DNA of 32,000 nt. It comes from Synechocystis sp. PCC 6803 substr. PCC-P. Lineage in GTDB: Bacteria > Cyanobacteriota > Cyanobacteriia > Cyanobacteriales > Microcystaceae. The position numbers and the translations under genes were made by a program. Positions 8,968 to 17,893 of the stretch are shown here, in pieces; position 1 is the first letter of the stretch; every line of letters starts with the position of its first letter. The notes below the pieces were generated by a model. It did not search any database. It saw nothing but the letters and a program-made list of their open reading frames with translations, and was not told where the DNA came from. The stretch spans positions 2,100,001 through 2,132,000 of the forward strand of contig NC_017039.1 in assembly GCF_000284455.1 (NCBI RefSeq), in the 5' to 3' direction.

Positions 8968-11900
8968 TTAACTGGCGGTTAATTTTTGATGAAATTCATC
9001 TATGGGCATGGGGCGACCGTAGAAATAACCCTGGTAAAAATTGCAACCCAACTGGGCTAAAAATTGCACCTGTTCCTCCGTTTCCACCCCTTCCGCCACG
9101 ATCGCCAGATTGAAAGTGCGGGCTACGCTAATGATGGCTTCCACCAGGGCGGCATTGTTGAGGTCCTGGGGCGCATCCTGGACAAAGGCTCGGTCAATTT
9201 TCAGTTCATTCAGGGGTAACCGTTTCAGATAGGACAGGGAGGAATAGCCCGTACCAAAATCATCCACGGAAAAATGAATACCCAAAGTTTGCAGCTCAAA
9301 CATGGTGGCGATCGCCTGGTGGGTATCCTCCACAATTAAACCTTCCGTCACTTCCAGGGTGAGGCGATAGGGATCTACTCCGGTGCAGGCCAGCAAGTTT
9401 TTGATTTCCTTGGCAAAGTTGGCTTGGCGGAATTGGCGGGGACTGACATTAATGGCAATGCGCAGAGTTAAGCCCAATTGTTGCAGCCGGGCTAAGTACT
9501 GACAAACTTGCTCCAGTACAAAATCGCCAATGCCCCCGATTAAGCCAATTTCTTCGGCAATGGGAATGAAAATGTTGGGGGGAATAAAACCCCGACCGGG
9601 ATGATTCCAACGGAGTAAAGCCTCTGCCCCAATCCAGACACCATGGCTATCCACCTGGGGTTGCAAATAAACCTGGAATTGTTTTTGTTCCAGGGCTGAG
9701 CGTAGATCCGCCTCCAGGGCAAAGCGGGACTCCACTTCCAACTGCATCTGCGACTCGAATAAACAAACCTTATCCCGGCCAGCCTTTTTCGCTTGGTACA
9801 TGGCCGTGTCCGCCTCTTTAAACAAATCGCTAACTTTTTCGTTCAGTTTGGGGAAGAGGGTTATGCCGATACTGCCGCTAATCTGTACCTGTTCCGCTTC
9901 CAGGGTAAAAGGGGTGGCTAGGGCTTGGCGAATTTTTTCCCCCACCCCCAACCCCAACCTAGCCGCCAATTCCCGGTCATGGGCCAACTCCGGCAACAGC
10001 ACAATGAATTCATCTCCCCCCAAACGGGCCACGGTGTCGGAATCCCGCAAACTATCGGCCAATCTTTTTGCCACCATCTGCAACAGGCGATCGCCGCTGT
10101 CATGGCCCCGGGCATCGTTGAGGGTTTTAAAGCCATCGAGGTCTATCAAAACAATGGCACCGAAATGCTTCGACCGTTGGGCTAAAGCCAAGGCATTTTC
10201 CGCCCGGTCCAACAACAAACGACGGTTGGGCAAAGCGGTGAGGGGATCGTAATAGGCCAGGTTTTCAATCTGGGCCTCCGCCTGTTTTCGTTCCGTCACA
10301 TCGGTCAAAATACCTAACATCCGCAGGGGTTTGCCCTGGCTATCCCACTCGACAATTTTGCCCAGAGAAAGGAGCCATTTCCATTGCCCCGCCATGGTTC
10401 GTTGGCGACACTCCACTGCGTAACGGGGAATTTTTCCTTGGATATATTGGTCGTAGATTTCCCTGACCCTTTGTTGATCCTGGGGGTGGATGCGCTCCAG
10501 CCAGCGTTGCTCAGTTTCTTGGAAATACTGGGGGTCGTAGCCCAAAATTTGCCCGTATTGGGGCGAAACTACGGCTTGGCCCGTTTGTAAATTAAGGTCG
10601 TAAAAACCTTGGTTGGCCGCCTCCAGAGCCAGGCGTAACCGTTCTTCGTTTTCTCCCAATTGATTCTGGGCCCGCTGGTTGGCCTGGTCTAATTGGATCG
10701 CATCCAGGGCAAAGGAAAGGTTATCGCTAATTTCCTGGAGCAAATCCTGCTCGTCTTCGCTGAAAAAGCCCGCTTCCTGGGAATAAAAAGTCAACACCGC
10801 CACTACTTGGCCGCCCTGGCGGATGGGTACAGCGGCGGAGGAAAGAAAGCCATAGCGCATGGCACTGCCACGCCAAGGAGCCATTTTGGGGTCTTGGCTA
10901 ATGTTGGAGCAGATCACCAATCTTCCTTCCCTGGCGGCGGTACCGGTGGGACCCCGGCCGGCCGGTTCGTCTTTGAATGTGATGCGAATATTTTCTAGGT
11001 AAGCGGTGGTGTGACCCCCGGCCATGTAGGGAATGATGGTTTGGCGATCGGGGTCAATGAGCCCAAACCAGATCAGGGAAAACTGCCCCACTGCCACTCC
11101 CACATCGCAGATGGCCCGGAATAAATCATCCCGTTCGCGATTTTCGATGATGGCTCGGTTAACTTGGCTCAGGGTGGCGTATAGGCGGGAGAGATATTCA
11201 ATGCGCTGCTGGTTTTGTTTGCGTTCACTAATGTCCCGGACTACGGCCAGTAAGCGGGATTTGCCATCAATCACTGTGGGTTGAATGGATACTTCGGCCC
11301 AAAAGAGGCTGCCATCTTGTTTTTTCGCTAACCATTCAAACATTTGGGGCTCAGCGTTTCTGGCTTGGCGGAGTTTTTGCTCAATTTCTGCTTCGGTTTT
11401 ACCCGGTTTATCGGCACTGAAATCACCAATGGGCCGGCCAATGACTTCTTCTTTGTTGCCATAGCCATACATGGTCAACATAGGTTGGTTCACGTCCAGC
11501 ACTGTCGCCTGGTGAGCATCTTGAATAAAAATGGCTTCGTGGGTGGAGTTAAAAATTTCCCGGTAATTGCGCTCATTTCTTTCCAAGATGATTTCGGTGT
11601 AATGGGATTCGAGGAAACGACTCAGAAATTGGCTGACCGTGTTGAGTAGGGCTTTTTCCTCCGGCAAAAAATCCCGTTCTTCGCCATAGCAAACTTCTAA
11701 CTGGCCCCGATGGAAATGTTCCGTTTGGAATTCTGCTATCAAACAGTAATCGGTCTTTTGATAGTTAGGGCTTTGGTAGATGGAGTTGCCCCAGGTCAAA
11801 CGGGCGGAAGCTAATTTTTCGTAGCGGAAAGCCAGGGGCAAAAGGTCTACGGTGTTTTGTAAAAACTCCTCCAGCACCAAATCCGCTTGTTGGCCCATCT

Positions 11901-13704
11901 GGGCGATCGCCACTAAGCAATCCATTTCCTTAACCCGTTCCCGCAATTGCCCCAGGGTTGCCCGTAATTCTTTGGTTCTTTGCCTAATCTGATGGGTGAG
12001 ATTGGCCTGACTGTTGGTGATAATTGCCACAATGATGGTGACTAGAACTGTGATCCCCGTGCCCACACCAAAAGCGACCATGGCCATTTGCTTGGGATAG
12101 TTCTGGTTAAACTCTGGCCCGGGCCAAAGCAGCAGTGCATAGGCCCTGCCAAAAATAAACAGGGGGTAAACCTGGAATAGCTCCTTATTGCTCTGCCAAT
12201 TGTTCATAGAGAAGGGAGAAGGGGCAGACGAAGCCAAAACCAGAGGCGATCGATCCACACTCAGTTGCAACCACTGTAATTCCAGAGATTTATCACCAAA
12301 ACTAATTTCTCCAAAAGTTTGGGTCAAAAAGTCGTTCAATCGCAACACCACCGCTGCTACCCCCATGGGGGGATTTTCCAGATTACCGTCGGCAAACACT
12401 GGGGAATAAGCAACAATGCCCCTTTGTTTTCCCAATTCTTGGATCAGAGTCAGGGGATTGGTGGCGGTGGGTAGTCTATTCTCAAGGGCTTCATCCAAAG
12501 CCATTTTGGCAGACTCGTTAGAACTGACATCGAAGCCCAGGGCTATATCATTACCCGCCAATGGTTCCGCATAAAAAATTGGATAATAAACTTCCCTTCC
12601 CTCGGCAGGAACAGGTTTCCCCCGACGATTAAGTTCAAAAATTTGGAAATTCTCTATCCCATCCTGCCTGGCCCTACGTTCAAAATTTTCCCTATCGGCG
12701 GCGGTAACTTTAGGAATCCATTCCCAGGCTTGAATACTCAATTTTCTGATCATGGGTAGGGTAAACCGGGCAAACTCAGCACGGGTCACCTCCGCACTGG
12801 ACTCCATAAAGCTATTGAGGCTAGAAAGACCATAATTTTGCAATTCCCAAAGTTTTTGTGCAAACAAGTTAGCCCTTGGGATGGCAAGTTGGCTAAAATT
12901 TCTTTGGCTATTGAGTAAAGAATTCTCCTGAACCACTGCTGTTAGGGCCAGGGTTAGGAACAGACCCACGATCGCCGTGGCCAAAGCTTCCCCTTGGTTA
13001 GTGATGAAAGAATTTCTCCAGCGGCGGCGTTCCTGGAGCAGATAATCTCCCCCTAAAATTAAGGCTATTAATCCCACGGAGAACAGGAGGGGAGTCCAGA
13101 GTTTTTGCTGTAATTTTTGGTGCCACTGCCTCGCTTCCATATCCATGGCAACGATCACCAAAACCCTTTCGGATTGGGGCTGTAGGATGGGCGCATAGGC
13201 CGAAACAAAATTACCCCGTTCACTATGGTATGGACCAATGACTAATTTTTTGGAAGGGAGCTCAAATAACTGTCGGACCGCCTCCGGGGGATTTTTATAG
13301 ACGGCACCAGGGTCGCGGGCAAGAAAATCTCCGGACTTAAGACTATCAGGGCCAAAAAGAATTTTTCCACTCCTTATAACCATGGTGTATATGCTACGGT
13401 GCTCGAATGTCTGAGCGTAGGCAGCCATCTGATTGTGGAGTCTTTGGAAGGAAGGATTCTCCAAGTCTTGTGGGGTGAAGGAAAGCTCTTGAAAAAGTCG
13501 AAAGTTTAGGTTTAGGGAGACCATTTCCACCTGGCTCAGCAACTGTTGGCGCATCTGTTGACTAACCATTTCTATGCGCCAGTGGGCAACGGCAACTCCC
13601 CCAAAAATAATCAAAAAAATCAAGACAAGCAAAACCGCTCCCCGCCAAAACCCATGCCCCTGATGGGGCGGAACCGAAGACGGAGGAGGGGGCATGATGG
13701 ACAT
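8968..13704 (-). CDS. Cyclic-di-GMP signalling protein: dual extracytoplasmic sensors, PAS/GAF modules, GGDEF, EAL
   Basis: 1578 aa. CHASE-like region AWEWIPKVTAADRENFERRARQDGIENFQIFELN...YYPIFYAEPLAGNDIALGFDVSS; PAS regions NYREIFNSTHEAIFIQDA and RLALEAANQGFYDLN; GAF-like DQERCH-type region LYATLSQVNRAIIENRERDDLFRAICD; intact I-site plus active site RDSDTVARLGGDEF; EAL domain AEALLRWNHPGRG...DDFGTGYSSLSYLKRLPLNELKID. Confidence 0.93.
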   Translation of the reverse strand: MSIMPPPPSSVPPHQGHGFWRGAVLLVLIFLIIFGGVAVAHWRIEMVSQQMRQQLLSQVEMVSLNLNFRLFQELSFTPQDLENPSFQRLHNQMAAYAQTFEHRSIYTMVIRSGKILFGPDSLKSGDFLARDPGAVYKNPPEAVRQLFELPSKKLVIGPYHSERGNFVSAYAPILQPQSERVLVIVAMDMEARQWHQKLQQKLWTPLLFSVGLIALILGGDYLLQERRRWRNSFITNQGEALATAIVGLFLTLALTAVVQENSLLNSQRNFSQLAIPRANLFAQKLWELQNYGLSSLNSFMESSAEVTRAEFARFTLPMIRKLSIQAWEWIPKVTAADRENFERRARQDGIENFQIFELNRRGKPVPAEGREVYYPIFYAEPLAGNDIALGFDVSSNESAKMALDEALENRLPTATNPLTLIQELGKQRGIVAYSPVFADGNLENPPMGVAAVVLRLNDFLTQTFGEISFGDKSLELQWLQLSVDRSPLVLASSAPSPFSMNNWQSNKELFQVYPLFIFGRAYALLLWPGPEFNQNYPKQMAMVAFGVGTGITVLVTIIVAIITNSQANLTHQIRQRTKELRATLGQLRERVKEMDCLVAIAQMGQQADLVLEEFLQNTVDLLPLAFRYEKLASARLTWGNSIYQSPNYQKTDYCLIAEFQTEHFHRGQLEVCYGEERDFLPEEKALLNTVSQFLSRFLESHYTEIILERNERNYREIFNSTHEAIFIQDAHQATVLDVNQPMLTMYGYGNKEEVIGRPIGDFSADKPGKTEAEIEQKLRQARNAEPQMFEWLAKKQDGSLFWAEVSIQPTVIDGKSRLLAVVRDISERKQNQQRIEYLSRLYATLSQVNRAIIENRERDDLFRAICDVGVAVGQFSLIWFGLIDPDRQTIIPYMAGGHTTAYLENIRITFKDEPAGRGPTGTAAREGRLVICSNISQDPKMAPWRGSAMRYGFLSSAAVPIRQGGQVVAVLTFYSQEAGFFSEDEQDLLQEISDNLSFALDAIQLDQANQRAQNQLGENEERLRLALEAANQGFYDLNLQTGQAVVSPQYGQILGYDPQYFQETEQRWLERIHPQDQQRVREIYDQYIQGKIPRYAVECRQRTMAGQWKWLLSLGKIVEWDSQGKPLRMLGILTDVTERKQAEAQIENLAYYDPLTALPNRRLLLDRAENALALAQRSKHFGAIVLIDLDGFKTLNDARGHDSGDRLLQMVAKRLADSLRDSDTVARLGGDEFIVLLPELAHDRELAARLGLGVGEKIRQALATPFTLEAEQVQISGSIGITLFPKLNEKVSDLFKEADTAMYQAKKAGRDKVCLFESQMQLEVESRFALEADLRSALEQKQFQVYLQPQVDSHGVWIGAEALLRWNHPGRGFIPPNIFIPIAEEIGLIGGIGDFVLEQVCQYLARLQQLGLTLRIAINVSPRQFRQANFAKEIKNLLACTGVDPYRLTLEVTEGLIVEDTHQAIATMFELQTLGIHFSVDDFGTGYSSLSYLKRLPLNELKIDRAFVQDAPQDLNNAALVEAIISVARTFNLAIVAEGVETEEQVQFLAQLGCNFYQGYFYGRPMPIDEFHQKLTAS

Positions 13705-13855
13705 CGGGAAATTGGGGATAGATTACCCAGGGGAAAATGCCGGAGCTACCATTTCGAACAATAGTACTTTCCTTCCTGTTGCTTGCTCCGAGGGAAGACT
13801 TAATTCTTGCTAACCATTGGGGGATGGAGTTTATACGTTTCTCCATACCACCACC

Positions 13856-13875
13856 AGTTTAAACAAGTTTAAACA
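13856..13875. repeat. Tandem duplicate of AGTTTAAACA with palindromic core GTTTAAAC
   Basis: AGTTTAAACAAGTTTAAACA is read directly at 13856-13875. Confidence 0.8.
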
Positions 13876-13909
13876 AAATTTACTGAATTTTTGATAGGGC
13901 TAATACTGT

Positions 13910-15148
13910 TTATTTTTCCGTTAGATAGTGTACCGATGGGGCAGTTTGCAAAAATCGCTGCAATGCCCTGCCCTGGAGTCTTAAATAACGTTCCATGGAA
14001 TTGCCCTTCATCAGAGCCATGGATTTGTTTGTCCGGTCTACAAACGGTAGGGGGTCTAGGTAAGCTTGGTAGGATAACCAGGCTTCTTGATGGGTTTGAA
14101 AACTACGGTGCAAGGCTTCCGTTTCCTGGGCGAAACAGGCCCAAAGCATGGCTTCACATTCCTGGGCGGAAAGGCCAAATAGAGGCGAGGTTAATAACTT
14201 CGTAATGGTGTCGTATAAGGCGGGGTCGTACCAAAAAATTCCATTGATAGCAACGGACACATGGTAATGATCCCTTTGACATCCCCTAATGCCCAAATTG
14301 ACTAATTGCCGCTCAAAGACAGTGGGACTAGGAAAAAGACTTCCAACGTCGTGGGACAAAATGGTGGAAGTATTGAAATGAAAGCTTTCGTCTAGGAAAT
14401 GGTAGTAGGAAATTTGGGTTGGGATGGTGTTATGTTCCGGCTCCTGGGGTTGGTAAAAGTTACTCAGCTTATGCTGCACTAACTTACCATTCAAGGTCCG
14501 CAGTCCCCTTACAGTCAGGTATTGAGAAGCTAAAAAAGCATTGTTAGCAGACAGTAAACCAAAGCTTTGGAGTTGTATCCCTTTCCACCAATTTTTAAAC
14601 CAATTTGTGTTGGCAAAAATCATCGTTTCCCGGAAGGGCGATCGCCGGGGTTGGCCAAACAGATTACCGCCGAATAGGGTTGACTCTACTTGGTCAATTA
14701 CAGTCTGAAAAGCATTGATATGGCAACGTTCCTGGGAAGTTTCCAGGTCTAGGGTGTCACAAACTAAACGAAAATCTGTCAGAGGATATAAACCAGTGGC
14801 ACTGGTTTGATTGAAGAAAATAGTCGCCACTTCCGCCGCAATAATTTGACTGTAGTAAGCCACCCAATAAAGATGATTCAGAATTAATTTTTGCCCTGGA
14901 CTAGACTGTTCCCAAAGGGGAGTGCCGTGAAGTAAAGAAAATTCCGGTGCTTGCCAGTATTGATCCCGGCATTGCTGATAATCAAATTGCTCCGCCAATT
15001 GATCTAAATTAGGACTGTGATCTGTTTGCTTCGCCCGGCGGTAATTAAGTTCTAATTTTTTTCGAGTTTTGCTATCTTTTGCCAACAAGGATGTTGATGT
15101 AACATTGGGTTGAGACAAGGAATTAATCACAGCAGTCATAGTACACAT
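13910..15148 (-). CDS. AurF-like diiron protein of unknown function
   Basis: 412 aa; AAEVATIFF, ETSQERCHINAF (ExxH) and YYHFLDESFHFN (HxxxExxH) resemble the diiron ligands of AurF-type N-oxygenases. Start could also be Met4 (15139). Confidence 0.6.
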   Translation of the reverse strand: MCTMTAVINSLSQPNVTSTSLLAKDSKTRKKLELNYRRAKQTDHSPNLDQLAEQFDYQQCRDQYWQAPEFSLLHGTPLWEQSSPGQKLILNHLYWVAYYSQIIAAEVATIFFNQTSATGLYPLTDFRLVCDTLDLETSQERCHINAFQTVIDQVESTLFGGNLFGQPRRSPFRETMIFANTNWFKNWWKGIQLQSFGLLSANNAFLASQYLTVRGLRTLNGKLVQHKLSNFYQPQEPEHNTIPTQISYYHFLDESFHFNTSTILSHDVGSLFPSPTVFERQLVNLGIRGCQRDHYHVSVAINGIFWYDPALYDTITKLLTSPLFGLSAQECEAMLWACFAQETEALHRSFQTHQEAWLSYQAYLDPLPFVDRTNKSMALMKGNSMERYLRLQGRALQRFLQTAPSVHYLTEK

Positions 15149-16041
15149 TGCTCAGCACTATAGGGCAGAAAACATTGTTGTCCCTCCAGACGAATGATAA
15201 TTTCTGGGGGCACTCCATGGTTCATTAAGGAACGCAAAAGATTAAGTTTTTGTTGACTGTTTTCTTCCGTTTTCAACTCCTGAAAGATTTTTTGGCGATC
15301 GCCAGGGGATAAATAACCTTTGCCCTGTTCTATGGCCTTGACCAATCTTTGGGGCCCCACCTGGACCATGTGCAAAAATTCCCTTAATGCCTGGTAGATA
15401 TTATCTAGACTTTGTTGCTCATACGGCCAGGTTTGTAATTGCTGGACTCCTGCGGCATGGTGACGGGCTTCAGCGGCTAAAAATCCCTGTAACGTTGCTT
15501 GCAGATGATTGTCCCGACAATGGTGTGCCAGGGAACGGTAATGGCTCAGCCCCCAACCCTCTAGCACTACCTGCACCATAGTTAGTAACAGGGCTTTATC
15601 GTCGGCTTCCAATAATTGCCCCATAAAAGATAAAAAACTATCCTGATTAAACTCTGGCTTTTGCTGAAAAAATTGTTCAATTTGGCATAAATGTTGCGCT
15701 TCATCGGCGGCAAATAAACTGTATAAAATTCGTTCTTCACAGGTTTCTGCCAACAGTGACATTTTAGCCATATAGCCCATGCCGGCCTGCTCCACCCAAT
15801 AAATTTCCGTCAGCAAGTCCTGGTTGGCGATCGCCAAAATTGTTGCCTGTTCCACGGCGCTGGCCTGTTGAAATATGGTGACTTGGTTTAAGCCAAAATA
15901 TTCGGCGGGCCAATATAATTTCTGGGTCAAATCAAGAGTTTCCTCCTCCCTCGGTCTATCCAGAGCAGAGGCAAAAATCCGATGCAGGCGATCGCCGGAG
16001 GCAAGGGAAGGTAAATTAAAGCCACTAACAGTTTGTGCCAT
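15136..16041 (-). CDS. Ferritin-like (iron-containing redox enzyme type) diiron protein
   Basis: 301 aa; EERILYSLFAADEAQHL then VVLEGWGLSHYRSLAHHC...LAAEARHHAAG, two E...ExxH half-motifs of a four-helix diiron bundle. Confidence 0.65.
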   Translation of the reverse strand: MAQTVSGFNLPSLASGDRLHRIFASALDRPREEETLDLTQKLYWPAEYFGLNQVTIFQQASAVEQATILAIANQDLLTEIYWVEQAGMGYMAKMSLLAETCEERILYSLFAADEAQHLCQIEQFFQQKPEFNQDSFLSFMGQLLEADDKALLLTMVQVVLEGWGLSHYRSLAHHCRDNHLQATLQGFLAAEARHHAAGVQQLQTWPYEQQSLDNIYQALREFLHMVQVGPQRLVKAIEQGKGYLSPGDRQKIFQELKTEENSQQKLNLLRSLMNHGVPPEIIIRLEGQQCFLPYSAEQCVL

Positions 16042-17215
16042 GGATTTTTACACTTCCATTGTGGTTATTTATTACCGGGACAGACAAAGATTTGTCTTCA
16101 TCTAGTGATTGCCAAGTTTCCCACTGGAGAACAGGTTGTTGTTCCAGATGGTGAATAAATTCAAGAATTGATTTATCTTCTGCTAAAGGTGTTTTAAGCG
16201 CAAATTTAATTGTCTGAAAAATTTTTGTATCTCCCTTAGCAAAGTAATTACCCACCAGTTTAGTTAGCCAAAGAATGATGCCGTTAATAAACCAACCCCA
16301 AAGCCCAGGGCGATGCTTAGTCAACAAAATTGTTTGCCCTTCCGTTTGCCCATTTTTGCCTAAGCGCAGGGTAAACATAATATAAAAATGTAAAAAATCT
16401 GGCCCCAAAGTTACCGTTCCCGTACTGCCAAACCAATAGGATAAATTATAGGTACCTGCTTCCCGATAAAAGGGTTTAATCAAACGCACTAAAAGGGAAT
16501 CATTCCCCCCCTTGGTAGTGTTAGCAAAATTAATGATATTTTGATCAATAACCTCGGATTTAAAGTCAATTTCCACCGGAAAATTATGTACCGTATTGAA
16601 GTGGTGGGCATCGATGGCATTAACCATCACCACATTGGGATGGCAAGCTTTTGTAAAACTTTTACCCAACGCACTGACTACTTTTTCCTTGGTCAACTCT
16701 AGGGGCAGAGGCAAAGTTTGACTAGGTTGATTCCCAGTCCAGAGCCAAATTAAACCATAGGCTTCCGTCACGGGCCAGCTATTAACTTTCACCGGCAATG
16801 ATTTAGCTAAACAGGGTACTTCCACACAATGCCCATGGTGATCAAATCGCCAATTGTGGAAAAAACAACGTAAACTTTCCTCCTCCACTTTGCCCTCGGC
16901 CAAATGGGCTCCCATGTGGGGACAATAGGCATCCACCGCCACTACTTTGCCACTGTCAGTGCGATAAACCGCCAAGTCTTTACCTAGTAAAAATACTGCC
17001 TTAACTTGGCCTCGTTTTAATTGTTTTGAGCGCAGCAACCAGTACCAACCGGCCACGAAGCGCTGGGGCTGATTAAACACTTTGGCGGAGTTCGGTTTAG
17101 GCAGAAAGACCACGGTGGTCAGACCAATCAATTCAAGATATTTACAGCATAGCTGGAATGCCAAATTCTTAGTCCCGCTTTGGTCAAATTTTCCGTTGAC
17201 ACTTCCGCCAAACAC
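16025..17215 (-). CDS. Rieske-type non-haem iron oxygenase
   Basis: Rieske cluster ligands CPHMGAHL...CFFHNWRF and catalytic iron motif NAIDAHHFNTVH (DxxHxxxxH). Start uncertain: GTG at 17215 overlaps the upstream gene; GTGs at 17113 and 17080 are alternatives. Confidence 0.88.
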   Translation of the reverse strand: MFGGSVNGKFDQSGTKNLAFQLCCKYLELIGLTTVVFLPKPNSAKVFNQPQRFVAGWYWLLRSKQLKRGQVKAVFLLGKDLAVYRTDSGKVVAVDAYCPHMGAHLAEGKVEEESLRCFFHNWRFDHHGHCVEVPCLAKSLPVKVNSWPVTEAYGLIWLWTGNQPSQTLPLPLELTKEKVVSALGKSFTKACHPNVVMVNAIDAHHFNTVHNFPVEIDFKSEVIDQNIINFANTTKGGNDSLLVRLIKPFYREAGTYNLSYWFGSTGTVTLGPDFLHFYIMFTLRLGKNGQTEGQTILLTKHRPGLWGWFINGIILWLTKLVGNYFAKGDTKIFQTIKFALKTPLAEDKSILEFIHHLEQQPVLQWETWQSLDEDKSLSVPVINNHNGSVKIHGTNC

Positions 17216-17886
17216 ACCAACTCATCCCCCTGGATATGGCCGGGGTTTTTTTGTAAAAAGAATTCCACATGGCGATCGCCTAATTTTTCCGTTGGCACCT
17301 GGCGCAGGTTAGGGGTTAATACTTGGGGCTGGGGTAAGCGCACAATGCCCAAACTAGGATCGTAGTTGGCTTGGAATTTGTTCTGGGCTAGCTGATGGAT
17401 AAAATTTTGTACAGGCGGGGGAGTGGGATGGAGATAGTGGGGATAGAATTCCTTGGCAAAAATGCTCAAAAATCGGTAGGTGCGATAGCCGGAAGAAATC
17501 AGGAGCCAATATAATTTTTCTGGCCTAGCCTCGTGGAGAATTTGCATGGCCTTGGTCCAAGCCTTGGCCAGGGCTGGGTTAGACCACATGGATGGGTCGG
17601 TGATGGTGTCACCAGAATAAACAATTCTGACGGTTTGTCCTTCCCATTGAGCAGGGTAGAAACCAAAGGTGGTGAAGCCTTTCAATATCCCAGCGGATTT
17701 GAGCAAAATCACCCAATCTTTGCCTCCTAGGTCAGCTTGAAACTGCGGCCAATGAACCCCCTCAAAGTGGGTTTGGAGCAATGCCAACATCAACCTTTGG
17801 TCAGCATCGGGGATTTGGTCGGCGGGCAACAGAAAGGCTTCGATCATAGATTTACGAGGGATTTTGCCATTTTGCTTCAATCCCAA
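17128..17886 (-). CDS. Conserved-looking hypothetical protein, possibly GNAT-like
   Basis: 252 aa, in-line between desD and the Rieske gene. Contains VRIVYSGDTITDPSMWSNPALAKAWTKAMQI...LYWLLISSGYRTYRFLS...FYPHY. No firm family assignment. Met14 (17847) is an alternative start. Confidence 0.55.
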   Translation of the reverse strand: MGLKQNGKIPRKSMIEAFLLPADQIPDADQRLMLALLQTHFEGVHWPQFQADLGGKDWVILLKSAGILKGFTTFGFYPAQWEGQTVRIVYSGDTITDPSMWSNPALAKAWTKAMQILHEARPEKLYWLLISSGYRTYRFLSIFAKEFYPHYLHPTPPPVQNFIHQLAQNKFQANYDPSLGIVRLPQPQVLTPNLRQVPTEKLGDRHVEFFLQKNPGHIQGDELVCLAEVSTENLTKAGLRIWHSSYAVNILN

Positions 17887-17893
17887 GGCAATG

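Noticed and set aside
9041-11649. Several plus-strand ORFs of 60-150 aa opposite the GGDEF/EAL gene
   Set aside because: Shadow ORFs with Ser/Arg-rich unnatural composition; the opposite strand is fully explained.
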